Shown here in pieces: positions 22,301-35,060 of a stretch of DNA of 64,000 nucleotides. The notes beneath the pieces were generated by a model. The model saw only the letters and a program-made list of their open reading frames with translations, made no database searches and was not told where the DNA came from. The DNA is taken from the NCBI GenBank assembly GCA_051294375.1, contig CM119267.1:15850105-15914104 (forward strand). Reading direction: 5' to 3'. This DNA is from Paraspadella gotoi. Lineage: Eukaryota > Animalia > Chaetognatha. Within the stretch, counting starts at the first letter, position 1, and every line of letters starts with the position of its first letter. Both the position numbers and the translations under genes were made by a program.

Positions 22301-25123
22301 TTTCTTATGCAAAACCAGTTTCTCCCATGAGTTAATTTACCTTTTCCAGAGCAACGATAACAAACCTCTGTTGACGCCGAAACTAGACGAAGCAGACGCG
22401 TTAGCAAAGCAACAAGAGGACGCATTGGTCGCAAGGTAAGCCCTAAAATTTGCTTATTTAAAAAGCTACGTTATTAATAGGTTTTATACTGTCGCAGTAA
22501 CAATTCGGCAAAGCTCGATTTACAAAATTAAGAATCAATTTATTAGTTTTGAAATATTTGACATGACAAAAAATGTACAATTTAATGACAATAAATAACA
22601 CACAACGAACGATTTTGAAAATATTTACATTATATACTTTACATATTGTATTGAAATATCCACATAACTCGTGAGTCATGGTAAAAAAAATAGCGATAGC
22701 ATCGGAGATTGTTCACATTCTTATCACTCACTTATCTACACGCACATCGGTCCACGATCATGTCAGGATGATGTCTGGTGACTACCATTCCATTTTCCAT
22801 GTACAGCATTGAGAGGGGGCTGAGATGGGCCGGAACGCAGCAGAGATGACGCCGGTCGGTCGTGTTTTCTCCCAGCGCGTGCCGCATTAAAGATTTGAGC
22901 ATACCATGATTTGTAGGATGCAGCGCATGAGTGAGGGGATTGGGACACGTCCCGTTGCACTGAAAAGCTTCATACTTTTTTGGGTAGATGATCCAAGTGT
23001 CCCAGCCCAAGACGTTGAAATCGACGACATACTTTTCTAACTGGCAAAGTCCTTCTCTAGTGTCTTTTTGGTCTGAGACATCGAAGAAGGTTTTATTTAT
23101 TGGCTGAGGAAGGTAATCTAAAGCCTCCGCCGATCTTTCTCTGGCCGGCTGCTTGTTTCGTCGTCTCTTACCCCCGCGCTTCTTCCCGCGCTTATTTTTG
23201 TGTAGACGCCTACGATGCTTTCTACGCGACAGCTTTTTTGGGCTAATTACTGAAAGCAAATGGGCGCGAAGTTTGTCATGTTTTCTAATGGAGCGACGAT
23301 GCCTTTCGACGTGGTTTTCGTTGACTTCGGCGGCTTCTTTTTTGCTCTGAGACTCTTGCTGCTGTAGCTCTTCAAGTTTTTGATCGTCTTTGGAGAAAAT
23401 TACAAGAGAAGCATCATCGGTGGAGACGCTGATTTGGTTGCTCACCACGTCGCCACCGGGAAAAAAATAAGTCACTGTGATTTCCATTACGTTGTTTGGG
23501 TCGCCAAAGGCTCGTTTCCATCTCGGGATCTCCCTGGTTATGTCAAGCCAGAGTTCGTTGTTGTGGGAGTCCTCCATCTTGAAGACTCGCGTTTCGCGAA
23601 AAGTTTCGACGACCGGTTTGGCCGATCGGCGACTACGCTCGTGGCAGTTTTTTACGTCGTCGGCATTCAGGAAGTTGAGGGCGTAGAAGACTTTAGGAAC
23701 GTTTTCCGCTTTGACAGAAGAGTGAACGGTGAGGGCGAGAAGAGCAAGCAGGTTGCTTGCCGGCTTGTCGCTCTTCGACTTTAACGCCCTCAGGTCGAAG
23801 TTTATTCTTCCTCCTTTGCGGAAGTGAGTTGTCAAGGACGATGACTCTGACTCTGTTGTATTCTCTGGCGCTAATTTGATAGATCCTGGCAGCGCACGAA
23901 CTGTGTTGCATGATCGAATTTTTCGCCTGTGAATGAAGAAAGTATTATTCCATACTAAGGTAATCACTAGTTTTGTTATTTGTTCTAGTTTACTGGTAGG
24001 TACTGATATTACTGATAAGCAGGGTTTTCCGTCTCTCGCTCACTTTCTGAGAGTGTCAATATCGTAGATAGTAATCGGGTAAAACGTAAATCGTAAAACG
24101 AACAGATTGTGATAATAATAACGAACTGTATTGTTTATATTTTTAAACACTTTTACAAAAGGTAAATAAGATTGACGAATTACAACGAGTTTATGTCCAA
24201 CATTACTAATAGTGATATTACTAATTTTGTATTTACAGAAACGATAGCCCCTCATTTAGTTTTTTTCCGCTCTTTTATTACATATATTTATCTTAATTCA
24301 TTCCAACACTTATACCTTCATTAATTCCCTCCAACTCTCAATTTACATAAAATTATTATTATTCTAGATATTTGGTATGGCTTTAAAATGTTTTGATTTG
24401 GGAAGTTCTTTCTTACCGGTTTTCGTGGTTTAGCTTCTTGTGCAGTTCCTTTGTCGCGGTCTCCATCGAGTTTCCTTTTTGCAGCTTCTCGAAAACCTTG
24501 AGCACGTACTTGCTTCCGGGATCTAGAGCCATGAGACGCGAGTCTTTTTCGTAACTTTCCTCGGAAGTCTGCTCTCCCTCCGCAACGCTTTCAAGGATTT
24601 TGTTGCGAGAGTCGTTGAACACCGTTGTATTCGACGTCGCGACATCGGAAGCGTTGACGCCTCTAACGTCCGAATCGTTGACGCCTCTAACGTCCGAATC
24701 GTTGACGCCTCTAACGTCCGAATCGTTGACGCCTCTAACGTCCGAATCGTTGACGCTCGTTTGGATCGGAGGTTCAGGAGGTTGGGAAACTTTCATCATA
24801 ATATCTTTCACGATGCTGACAAGAAATTTATGTTCGTTGTAGATATCTCCTTTTTCTTTTCTCCCAATTGGGAAAAACGTCGCAAAATGAACCGAGGAAA
24901 GAAATAAGATTATTACGAAAAGTTGGGAATTCATTTCGTATTTGTTACAAGTTACGCTTTTCGAGATTTTCGATTTTGTCAGCATTTAAAAGAGAAAAAA
25001 TGTTTTGTGTTTCGATTTGAGGATTTTATACATCGCATTTTCCGGAAGTGTTCGTCGAGACGATGTCGCTCTTCCTCTTCTTCCTCCTCTTCCTTCTTTC
25101 CGCCGGTGGAAAAAAACCATGGG

Positions 25124-25173
<50 letters not shown>

Positions 25174-28100
25174 TATATATTTTCTTCGCGACTCGAATCA
25201 CCTTGTTTTACCGCCTCTTCCTCATCCCATTGTTCATCATTTCTGCCGATCATGGGAATCGCCTCTCGTTGACCATGGAAGTTCTCACGATACTATTGTG
25301 CCGATTTTCTGGTCATGTTTGTGAAATAAACCTGCTCTTTATTCACAGAATGGTGAAGTTGAAGATTTTATTAAATTCTTTCTCTATTGTTAATCTCAAG
25401 AATATCTGTTTGATAATTTACGAATTAAAAAAAACAGAGCTACAGTTAAAAAAAAAAATATATTTTACAGACAAATCTACTTTTGACAACCGAACATGTT
25501 GACCTTAGAAATCGGGTCGTAAAATATCGTTCCCGTTCTGTGGTTCCCATCAGTCCAGTGTTTCGCTCGAGAATCCCGAAATTTCTCGTACCTACAGCGA
25601 CGGAAAATCTTTCCACAGCAGTCACTATGGTTGTTTCTTCGCCGCCGTTTTTATGGGCGTCCTCTTTCTTTTTGCTCGTAAATAAAATGTTTTCGTTAAG
25701 GTGCTAATATTCGCACACTTGTGATAGCTGTTCCCAAAAATAATTGACTTAATAATACATTTTTTTCGGACTTGAATCGACAATTTAAAAAGTGTCAGTT
25801 TTGCTATGGAGTTTGATCGTAGTGAGAGTTCCAAACATATTTAACAAGTTTAACATTTTTTATAGGAAACAAATTTATTATTAATTTTTTTAAAAATTGA
25901 TGATTTTTAATAGGTTTTGAAAAAACCAAATGGTTTTATTTTTTAAACCTGTAATGTATCTTTGGCTTGGCGGAAAGAGCAGCATCCTGAAAATTGACTC
26001 GGAACCTTATTATCGGTCTCTTCTTCTTAATCCCATTAGCCAAGTAGGATCGAGTGCCTCCGTACCGGAAAGGATTTTCTCGATTTTTGCACTAACACCG
26101 CCTTATATCCCATCAAATATAAAATAGACCTTTTATCTTGGAGAAACCGGGGTCATGTGATGAATAAACAGCAATTTTGGGCGAAACCAAAAAAATCTGG
26201 TTTCCAAATTTCCGGTTCGAGGCAATAAGCGATAAAAAATATTTTGGAAACACCTGATTTTCGTAATTTTGTAATTATCATAAAAAATTGGGGTAATGAA
26301 AAATAGAATTTTTCATATAATTACATATTCGTATTTTATTTAAAAGAATTCCTAAATGTAATTTTATATATTTGTGATGAGTTTATGTCCAACATTTACA
26401 GAATGAAGATGTTCATGCATCTTCGTCAAGACTTGGAGCGGGTTCGTAATTTGTGCTATATGGTGAACAAACGTGAGAAGCTCCGGCGGCAGTGGCTTCA
26501 ATTGAGAAGAGACGTCTTTTTTTCACAATTAAAAGTTCTGGAGGATAAACGACTCAGTTTATCAAAGGTATTTTAAGTTTTGAATGTAAGTTTGCAAAAA
26601 AAATTAACGTTAAGAAGCAAAAAACTTGCTTTTTGTATTATTTTGGGGAAAATATGTAGTTTGGTTTTATTTTACTATATTCTCAATGATCTCATTGATC
26701 AATCCTAAATTGTTTATCATGGTTTGTTGAACTTGTCGCGGAAGGGAGACAATCTAGGTAGAAGTTTGTGACTTTTTTTGTGCGGTTTTTCTATAATTCA
26801 CTTTGTCGGTCCCACCCCAAAAGCTTGTCGGTATGATACTTAGATCATGTCAGAACATCGAATTATGATAAATTATGCAAAAAAAAAAAGATGTCCGTCT
26901 TCCCTTAGATTTGAACGCCAATTACTCATGAGTATATGGGGCGATTGAAATTTTGTATGTGGGTAGGAAAGTGTGTGATTGAGCTAGAAATCAAGTTTAG
27001 ATGGAATCGCCCGAGTGGAAATGAGTTTAAATGGAAAAAACAAAAAACCTGTTTCACTAATTGATAATGCTTATTTTTTTTATATCAAATGTAAATGCAA
27101 GATGTATTAATTAATCAAATTAATTATTTGTCAATTAATTAATCAATAATTAATTTACCAGTCAATTAATTAATTATTCACTCAATTTATTTATATATTA
27201 ATTAATTATTCAATTAATTCATTTATCAATTAATTAATTAATTATTCAATCAATCTAGTAAGTCAATCATTTAATCGTTATCGGCATTGTCGTCATCGCC
27301 ATCGTCGTCGTTGCTTATGTCGTAGTCAGTGACGAAAAAACCTAAAAACAAACATGTCGGATCAAATTAATAATTAATTAATGCTATAATTAATTAACTT
27401 GAAATAATAAAATAATTGATTACCTCTAATGATCGTGGGCAGTTCCGGAATTGTTTGCTAAAACTTGTTTTTACTCTTTTTGGCTTGAAAGGCTACATGA
27501 ATGAGAAACATTATGTGGAGAAAAACCGCTTAACCCATTTAAATAAATTTATTTGGAAACTATTTTATTAGCGCGAACGAGACGCGGTTATCGAGTCGCA
27601 CCGGATGTCGCCGCTTGGCCTTAGCGCCACGATGTCGTCGTCACTATTTGTGCGCCTGAAACGCTTCGGACGACTCACTCCTGTCCCCGTCACCGACTCA
27701 TGCGGGGCCGCTATCTATGATTATCCTTACTTCTGGGATAAGATCAAGGTCGGCGGCGATTCCGGTCAACACGAGGACAGGTTTGATTCGAGTTTCTTTC
27801 TTTTTTTTTTGTAGTGGAAGGTATATATATTGTATAATCTCCTTTTCAGACGATCCCCTCAAAAGTTCTCGCCATTCACTGGAACATCCGATGCGGGTTC
27901 CTTTGATTCCGAGATCGGCCAATCGCCTTGCACTTCACGTGACTTCGGCCAATCAGCGTCCAGGTTTTGGATCGATTCGATACGATCTTTGAATACCATT
28001 TATCATCGGTTTTTATCCCATCTTTTTCTCACCATTACAGAAAACTGACTCAAGATATTGATGTTTTCGAAATCGACGAGGTCTTGTCCCCGGGTCCTAG

Positions 28101-31100
28101 TGAATTAAAGGATTCTGGTGTTCGCACATTCGACAAAGGTACCTAGCTTTTTAACTTATGTTAAGTTATTATGTTATTATGTTATTATGTTATGTTAAGT
28201 TTTTATTTTTTTTCTTCGATCTATTGATATTTAAGATGGTATCACAATGTGAGACTTGTAGATCAAGCATCAAGTGTTTAGGAGCTTCCATACGACTAAA
28301 CTACATTAATTCTCGTCAGATCGCGGTCCTTTGTCAGTGGATCCATTGCAAATTCCGTCGGACGCTGACCCTTTTTGCTACGACTCTTCGGAAGATGACG
28401 CTTGCAAAACAGAAAACGAGAGCGATAAGAAGTCTAAGACAGTCGATGGAAAGTCCACCAAGGGCAAATTAAAAAAGGGGGCTTCGAAAACTAATGACGA
28501 TTTTGCAGGTGATTTCAGAATGAAATAATATGTTAGTTTTAAGCTACATACTTAGTTTAAAAATAAAGATATTGTAACCAATATTTCTAGTCACTCTGTC
28601 ACTGTAAAGTCGAAATTTTCTTTACTACCTTTCACAGAAGTGGGCTCTGGCACATCCACTGCGACAGCAGACGATTCGTCAACTATTCCTATCTGTGATT
28701 TAAAAGACAAATCTATTGGGCGTCCCAGTCAAGCGCCTAAGTCGACAGATTCTCAGTCCAATCAAGCGTCCTTAGAATCAGATATTAGTTTGAGTCTGCC
28801 CATATTGACACCGTCCAAAGATCTCACCACACCGTTAAAAGTGGAGATTGCTTTGGGTCCGCCCACAGTTCCTCCACCGTCTTCAGACCAGGAAAACATT
28901 GCGTTGGAAGAGAGAGAGGCTCCCGCCCCTTCCGAGCTCGACTCTGTCGCTTCCCTCATCTCTTCCCCTCTTCCCTCTGACCCTCTGACCTTTCGCTCTC
29001 CGAAACGACAGTCCCCCACCTTTCATGGCCAAACTAGAAAAAGTTCCTCCAACGACGACACCCAGGTTCCCCTGAAATGTTCTCCCCCGAAAAACGTCGT
29101 CAAATTAACTTTGCGTCCAAAGCAGCTTTCCGAGGAACCGGACAATGCTCTTTCTTCGCCGAAAAGGTTGCTAAAACAAGTTAAGTCGAGGACAGTGTCC
29201 GCGCCAGTGGGCTCGGCCGAAGACCAGGATGACTCGGTAGAGGAGTCGGACCACCTTAAATTTGCATCGGTTCCAAAAAACGGGCCGGTGGTGACGTCAT
29301 CGCAAGAGGGCGTAGCCTCGGTGGGCGCGTCGGTGACGTCACCAAAACAACCCGATCCTCTGCGCGTCGGAGCCAAGAGCGCCGCTTTGGCTTCAACGTC
29401 ACTAATCAGACTGGAACGAGAATGTCATGTACAACTCGTTCACGCCGACTTGACCCTAAGGCAGCGGATGAGCAGCGGACTTAAGCCTGCCAAGGATGCC
29501 CAATCGGAAAAGATAAAGCCGGCATCGACGTTGTCCTCTCAGACTTCGTCGAGCGACGAGAGCGATGTCGTCTTCGTCGTCAGGAATTCTCCGAAAAAGC
29601 TTCGAACTCGAACATCAGTTCGGCGAATTTTGGACGACGACGACGACGACGACGAATCGGACGACGTGGATTCGGACCATCGAACCGACGCTCGCCGTCG
29701 ACAATCCTCGCTGTCTTCGACCCAACGAACCGGGGGTAGACTGCACAAACCGGGACGGGGAAGGGCCACTCTGAAAAAGATGACGAAGACGAACTCTGAG
29801 GAAGATCGAAAGTGGAGTCATCGGCGGGTCAACGAGGAGGACGACGCCGATTGGGAGATGGACGAGGAGGATGCCGACTCCGGTCCATTTCGCGTTTCCA
29901 ACATGAGCGTCCGCGGCGGTATTCGTCGTTGGGATCGACGATCGACATCCGTTTCCCGGTCGCCGTCCCCCTATGACTCACACTTTTCTCAGTCTAAGAA
30001 AATTAAGACGCCGTCGACGAAGAGATCGTCGGGGAGGCAGAAAGAACAATCGGAAGGATCGAAGTCGGAGGTGAGAATGAATTGGAGAAGATAATGGAAG
30101 GAAGATGGATTATTTTCGAATTTAGATAATCTTTTTTCTTTTGCCCTTTTTTAAAAGCTCGGGGAACCTGACCAAATTGACAAATCCTCGAAAGATGTGC
30201 TTGCCAAATTTAGCGACAGGCAGTTGAAACAACTCATTCAATCAGCGCAGAGGTTTGTCTCGTCATACTTCGGCTTAATGTACAGATTTACTCGGAACAA
30301 TAAAAGCTATTAAAGAAATGCTAAAATAATCCATTTCAGATCAAAACCAATTGTTTTGCTCGAGCCTCTCGTAGAGCTCACGCCGGACAACAACGGGGTG
30401 CAATTATTGGATGTTGAGGTCCTGCCGACTGAGACACCGAAACTCGCCAGAGAGATGAATTTAGTTCAAGGATCATCAGTGTAAGTACAAGAGGGACCTC
30501 GTCGCGATTACCATCTGCTTCCGTACTTATTCAGAATGATTGCTTTGTTTTTATGTTTTCCCAGATCCGAGAATAAAAATCGTACTACTCCCAAACTTTT
30601 GTTTCAAAGTAAATTTCAGTGCAAAAAGAATAAAGGAGAAACGTTACCGACGGTGGTTATTCACAGGTACGTTGGGATTTTTTAAACTTCTACTTTTCTA
30701 GTATCATAATTTGATTTTTTTCCCAATAGATCGACGGAAAAACGAAAAGAGTCGATAAATAGGACTCCCTCCCTCACAAAAACTTGCTCAATGGTCGCCA
30801 CTCTCGAAGGAACCGAAGATCTCGGGAAAACCGGGCTTGCAATAAGACAGAAACTCCGGGAACAGCGCTGCGCAGAGATGAATGAAAAAGGCCCTGAACG
30901 TGAGAAAACATCCGAAGCCTCTTCGGTGAGTTTTAATTATTTTATTTATAAAAATGAGCTTGTCGATTTACTGATTGGTTTCTTTTGCCAGACGAACGCT
31001 GCTCCGGACATGACGACGGTTTCGAATCCACGGTTCATTGCTCCGAAAAAGAATAAGCTTCTACCGTCAATCGCCGACGCCGCCTCCGTCGATATATTTC

Positions 31101-34100
31101 AACTCGCTCTCGACACTGGGACTCCTTTGGGGAAAAAACTGGCTTTGCCTAAACAGCAGCGACTCGCCTCCACCTCATCCGCCAACCTACCTAACAAGAA
31201 AAAGTCGATGCTGTCCACTACAGAAATGGGAACTAAATTGTCGCCAGAAACTACTGTAATACCAACTGGAGCCGAAGCGGTGGGCGCGCCAGACGCGGCG
31301 GACCGGCTGACGACGGACAAAGCCAAGCGTTTTAACGAAACGTCGTCAGCTTCGAATCGCAAGGCCTTGCTCATGGGGAAGTACAAAATCCCGAAGCGGG
31401 CGTTCGAGGATGCTGGTCCAGACGACGCCTTTGAAGAAAAGGATGTACCGTTGACGCAGTCTACGAAAAACTCTACCTTCTCTTCTGATTTGGATCCCAA
31501 ACGGAGCAACGTATTTAACAGATTTTCCAGCAAAGAAGAAAATTGGGCCAAGTCGACAGCTTACTCCGCCTCATCAACAACGTGCACCTCGTCTTTTAAC
31601 TCCGCCACCCTTTTAACTGCCGCCACATCAGAAATTTCTCTTCCATCCATGTGTTTCAACTCTCCGGTCAACTCGCGGACTGCGTCGTCATCATGCATTT
31701 CTGACACCCTCATTTCGAAGCCCAGAATTGGCGTCACCGAAAAAGAAGCTATTAAACCCGGAAATATATTTAGCATGTTGCAGCGAAAGGTTTCGACAGA
31801 AGCAACTGAACCCGTGGAATCAAAGCCGTCGGTGTCCGTCGCGGCCGCGGACACGATTGTCGCTGTTGCTGAAGCTTCGTCTTCTGTGCAAGGCGAGTTA
31901 TTAATATCTTTAAACTTTTTAAACTTTTATCTAATATTATTTATTGTTGACCTTATGGTTAGTGGTAGGATGCTACAATACTACACTACACTACAATACA
32001 CTACAATACTACAATGAAATATTCGAATAATAATTGGAAAACTAAATCATTAAAACCTATTAAAAGTATTGCTAAAACCTTAAAATAAGACTCCTATGAA
32101 AACTGTATCAAAAGATATGAGAAATGATCTAAACTGCTACAATATGTAAATGAGATTGAAGAACTCAATCTCATTTGAAATGAACCACAAATTATTCTGC
32201 TACAAATATTCGCTCACCTTAGGTTTTCGACCCAGTAAAAGATAATTTTTTTTTTCGCTAATGCCCTCTTCAGATTTGCCTCCAATCGACGTGGCCCCTC
32301 CAACGCTCAGAACGTCGTTCAACCTCTTCAGCGCAGTACGCGCTGTTCGCGGCCGAGTCCATAAACTCGCTGCCAAGGACGAATCCCCTCGTCCCTTCTC
32401 GCAGTCGGAGTTCTTCGTTCGCAGCCTCTCGACGCAGGCGGAGATCGTGACGTCGACGACTGATGAGGGCGTCTCTTCTTCGCGCGGTTCCTCTTCCCCA
32501 AAAGTGTCGTCCTCGGCTCCAGAGATGCCGAGTCCTGACTCCATGGCGACCGGCCTCTTCACCCCGCGTCACGATGACGTCGACGAGGGTTGCTTCTCGC
32601 CCATTGAAGACGATACGAAAGATCCTGAGGAAGACCCGGACGGCGCCGAGATTCTCCGCCGATTTTCCGGCGACGATCCGCTGGGATTGAAAAAAGAACC
32701 GTTGCCTCTTTCCTCAAGCGACAGCAGTCGGTCCGAAGCAGTACCGCCAGTTACTGCAGAGCCCTATCGTCGGGTCCACGACCGCGGTTCTCGGAAAGAA
32801 CCGGGAGAAGCGGAGAATCTTCCGACTCTACCATTAATCGAAAATGCGTCGAGCCGAAGAGCTCCGACAAAATGGGGTCCTTCAAAGGAGGAAGACTCTT
32901 CTCTCACTCATCTTTGGCCTGCCTATCACGACGGAACCCGGAAGTCATTCCTTCCCCATCCGAGCGACGAGGTTTACGAGGACCAAGCGACTTGGGACTC
33001 TTCTCACGAAGTCTCGTGCCAGATTCCGCGACGGGAATCCATTTTGTACCGCGCGTGCAACGTGAAAGAAGCAGAGGTGGTCAAAGAAGATCAGGACGAC
33101 GAGGAGCCCGACGAGGCTGAGCGTGACGAAATCGAACGTAATGAGAGAGACTTGGAGCGGCTGATGGAAGAAAAGAGGAAACTGGAGAGGATGTTGCTGG
33201 AGCAGGAGGAGGGTGAATTGCCGGAGGACGACCATATCAACAAAGACAATGAAAATGTGGACGACACCTTTGAAGACGAGGATACCTCGCCTAAAAAACG
33301 TGGTTCTTCCTCGCCTGATGATTCTAACAGACTTCCAAAGGCTTATCGAGACTGTGCCAATTCACCGATAGAGGAACGCTCGAGTCTCGATCGCACGAGC
33401 CACGTAATCGTCCAAGGGCGTCGCGCCAGTGCTGAAGACTACGACTACAACCCTCGAAAGAGTAGAGGAGAAGAATCTGACTATCATTATGATTGGAGAA
33501 ACGAAAATGACGATCAATTTTATCGACGTCGTCACGATAGTTTTCAATCGTTGGACCGCTCTCAACCCAATCGTCACGGTTCTTGGCGAGATCTCACATA
33601 CGACGACGACAGTGAATACGACTACTCTAGAAGGCGTTGCGACGAGGAATGGACTCGACGAGAGTTGCCTCCTTCTCGCCGCGAAGAAAGATCTCCTCCC
33701 GATCGACGACGTTGGGGGGTGGAGGAAGACTACTCTCGAGAGGATCGTCGAGGCATGCCGTCGACCTCGCCAAGACGGACCACTTTCTCTTTGCGATCAG
33801 AATCTGCACAGTATTACGATTCTCTTGATGACAAATCCGAAAGGACACCCGCCTTTTCCAAAGATTACGATCACGGGAAAAGCAGGTCGGTTTCCCCTTC
33901 CCTCGCTGCGGATACGTCCGCCTCTTCGAAAAAGTATTCTTTAGAAGAAGCTGACGTCGATGAACAAAAATACCGCCAACCAAAGGAGCGTCAACAGTCT
34001 GAGGAGAGCTATCGACGCGACGGTTCATGGGGTGGCGAAAAGGAAGAGTTGTCGGCAGAAAATTCTTCCTCTGATTGCGCATCTATTCGTGAGGCCGATG

Positions 34101-34546
34101 AACAAATTTACCGTCACTCAAATGATCGTCAGCAAGTGGATGAAAGTTATCGACAGGACGGAGTTTGGGGTGTCGAGGTGGATGAGTTCTCGGCGGAAAA
34201 TTCTTCTTCCTCCGATTATCCATCTCTTCGCGGTATTCCATCGATGCGTCGGGGCGCCCCCATGACTTCCGCACATTTTTGCCATCAATACCCGTCGCAT
34301 CTCCCTCCGCCTCGCTTTGGCTATCAAACTATTCGTCCGCGACCTCCCATGCCGCTGCGGCCGCCGCGTCCGCTGCGGCCGCCGCAGCGTTACCCTCTTC
34401 CGTTCGTGCCGAGATTCGGGTCGCGGAGGGGGCATCATCCGAGACATCATTTGGCGCCTCTGAGAGGACGAGCGAGGGGAATTCGCGGCGGAGCTCCTCC
34501 CCGACACGTTTACTCACCAATAACGACTTACTTTGCACCACGGTAG
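19332..34546 (+). CDS. JADE: JADE/PHF17 (rhinoceros-like) PHD-finger scaffold of HBO1-type HAT complexes, with a long low-complexity C-terminus
   Basis: EPL region [19 protein letters not shown]...[18 protein letters not shown]...[14 protein letters not shown]1 CNVC...[23 protein letters not shown]...GDWLCRTC. Zn-knuckle/PHD2 [33 protein letters not shown]...[11 protein letters not shown]. Motif [25 protein letters not shown] at 26402-26567. Start codon and distal exons are less certain. Confidence 0.88.
22732..24934 (-). CDS. nodal: Nodal-like TGF-beta family ligand, two exons (24934-24417, 23926-22732), nested antisense in a JADE intron
   Basis: Signal peptide [18 protein letters not shown], prodomain NTVRA motif, furin sites RHRR and KRRR. 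The mature domain [31 protein letters not shown]...[10 protein letters not shown]...[36 protein letters not shown] matches Nodal-type motifs ([21 protein letters not shown]). The splice phase is consistent. Confidence 0.82.
24642..24756. repeat. 24-bp coding minisatellite (VNDSDVRG x4 plus one variant) in the Nodal prodomain
   Basis: Tandem unit gttgacgcctctaacgtccgaatc. Confidence 0.95.
25128..25170. repeat. (GA)n microsatellite upstream of the Nodal-like gene
   Basis: GA run. Confidence 0.9.
26800..27023 (+). repeat. Dispersed repeat copy related to 49490-49830
   Basis: Shares tttgtcggtccc, catgtcagaacatcgaattatgataaatt, gatgtccgtc, aggaaagtgtgtgat and gatggaatcg...gagtggaaatg with the 49.5-kb copy. 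Confidence 0.75.
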
Positions 34547-35060
34547 TAGCTCAGGTCAAAAATCTCGTGTTCGAATCATTCGTGAAAGATATTTTTATGC
34601 TGTTTTTATTGTTTGTGAACATTTTTTTGTTGTTGTTATCACGGGAAAAAGCTCGATGATCGACTTGGCCCCATTATAATTTTTGCTCCTATTCGTTTTT
34701 TTCTTGGTTCATAACATATGTTTTCTTTTTAAATCGCGATAATGTACAAGATTTTTTTTTTAAATATATGCATATGAAACTTTTTTCCTCTTTTAAATTT
34801 TTCCAGGTTTATGGTGATATTTGTACGGAAAACTGACTTATTTTTTAATGTTTTAAAATCACAATACCTATTTTATTCCATAAAAATCGTTTTCAACTTT
34901 AAGTCAAAATCGAGTATTTGTTTTCACTTTCTTAGTTATGATACGTCACAACTTACATTTAAGAAAAAATGTAAATAACCATTGTTACCCTAATGATTGA
35001 AACAAACCAATTTGTTCCGCCGTAATTTCCTTGTTTTTTCTTCAACATTTGAAATAGAAT

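Noticed and set aside
24642-24756. CRISPR-like array
   Set aside because: Head-to-tail identical 24-mers without spacers, inside a eukaryotic coding exon.
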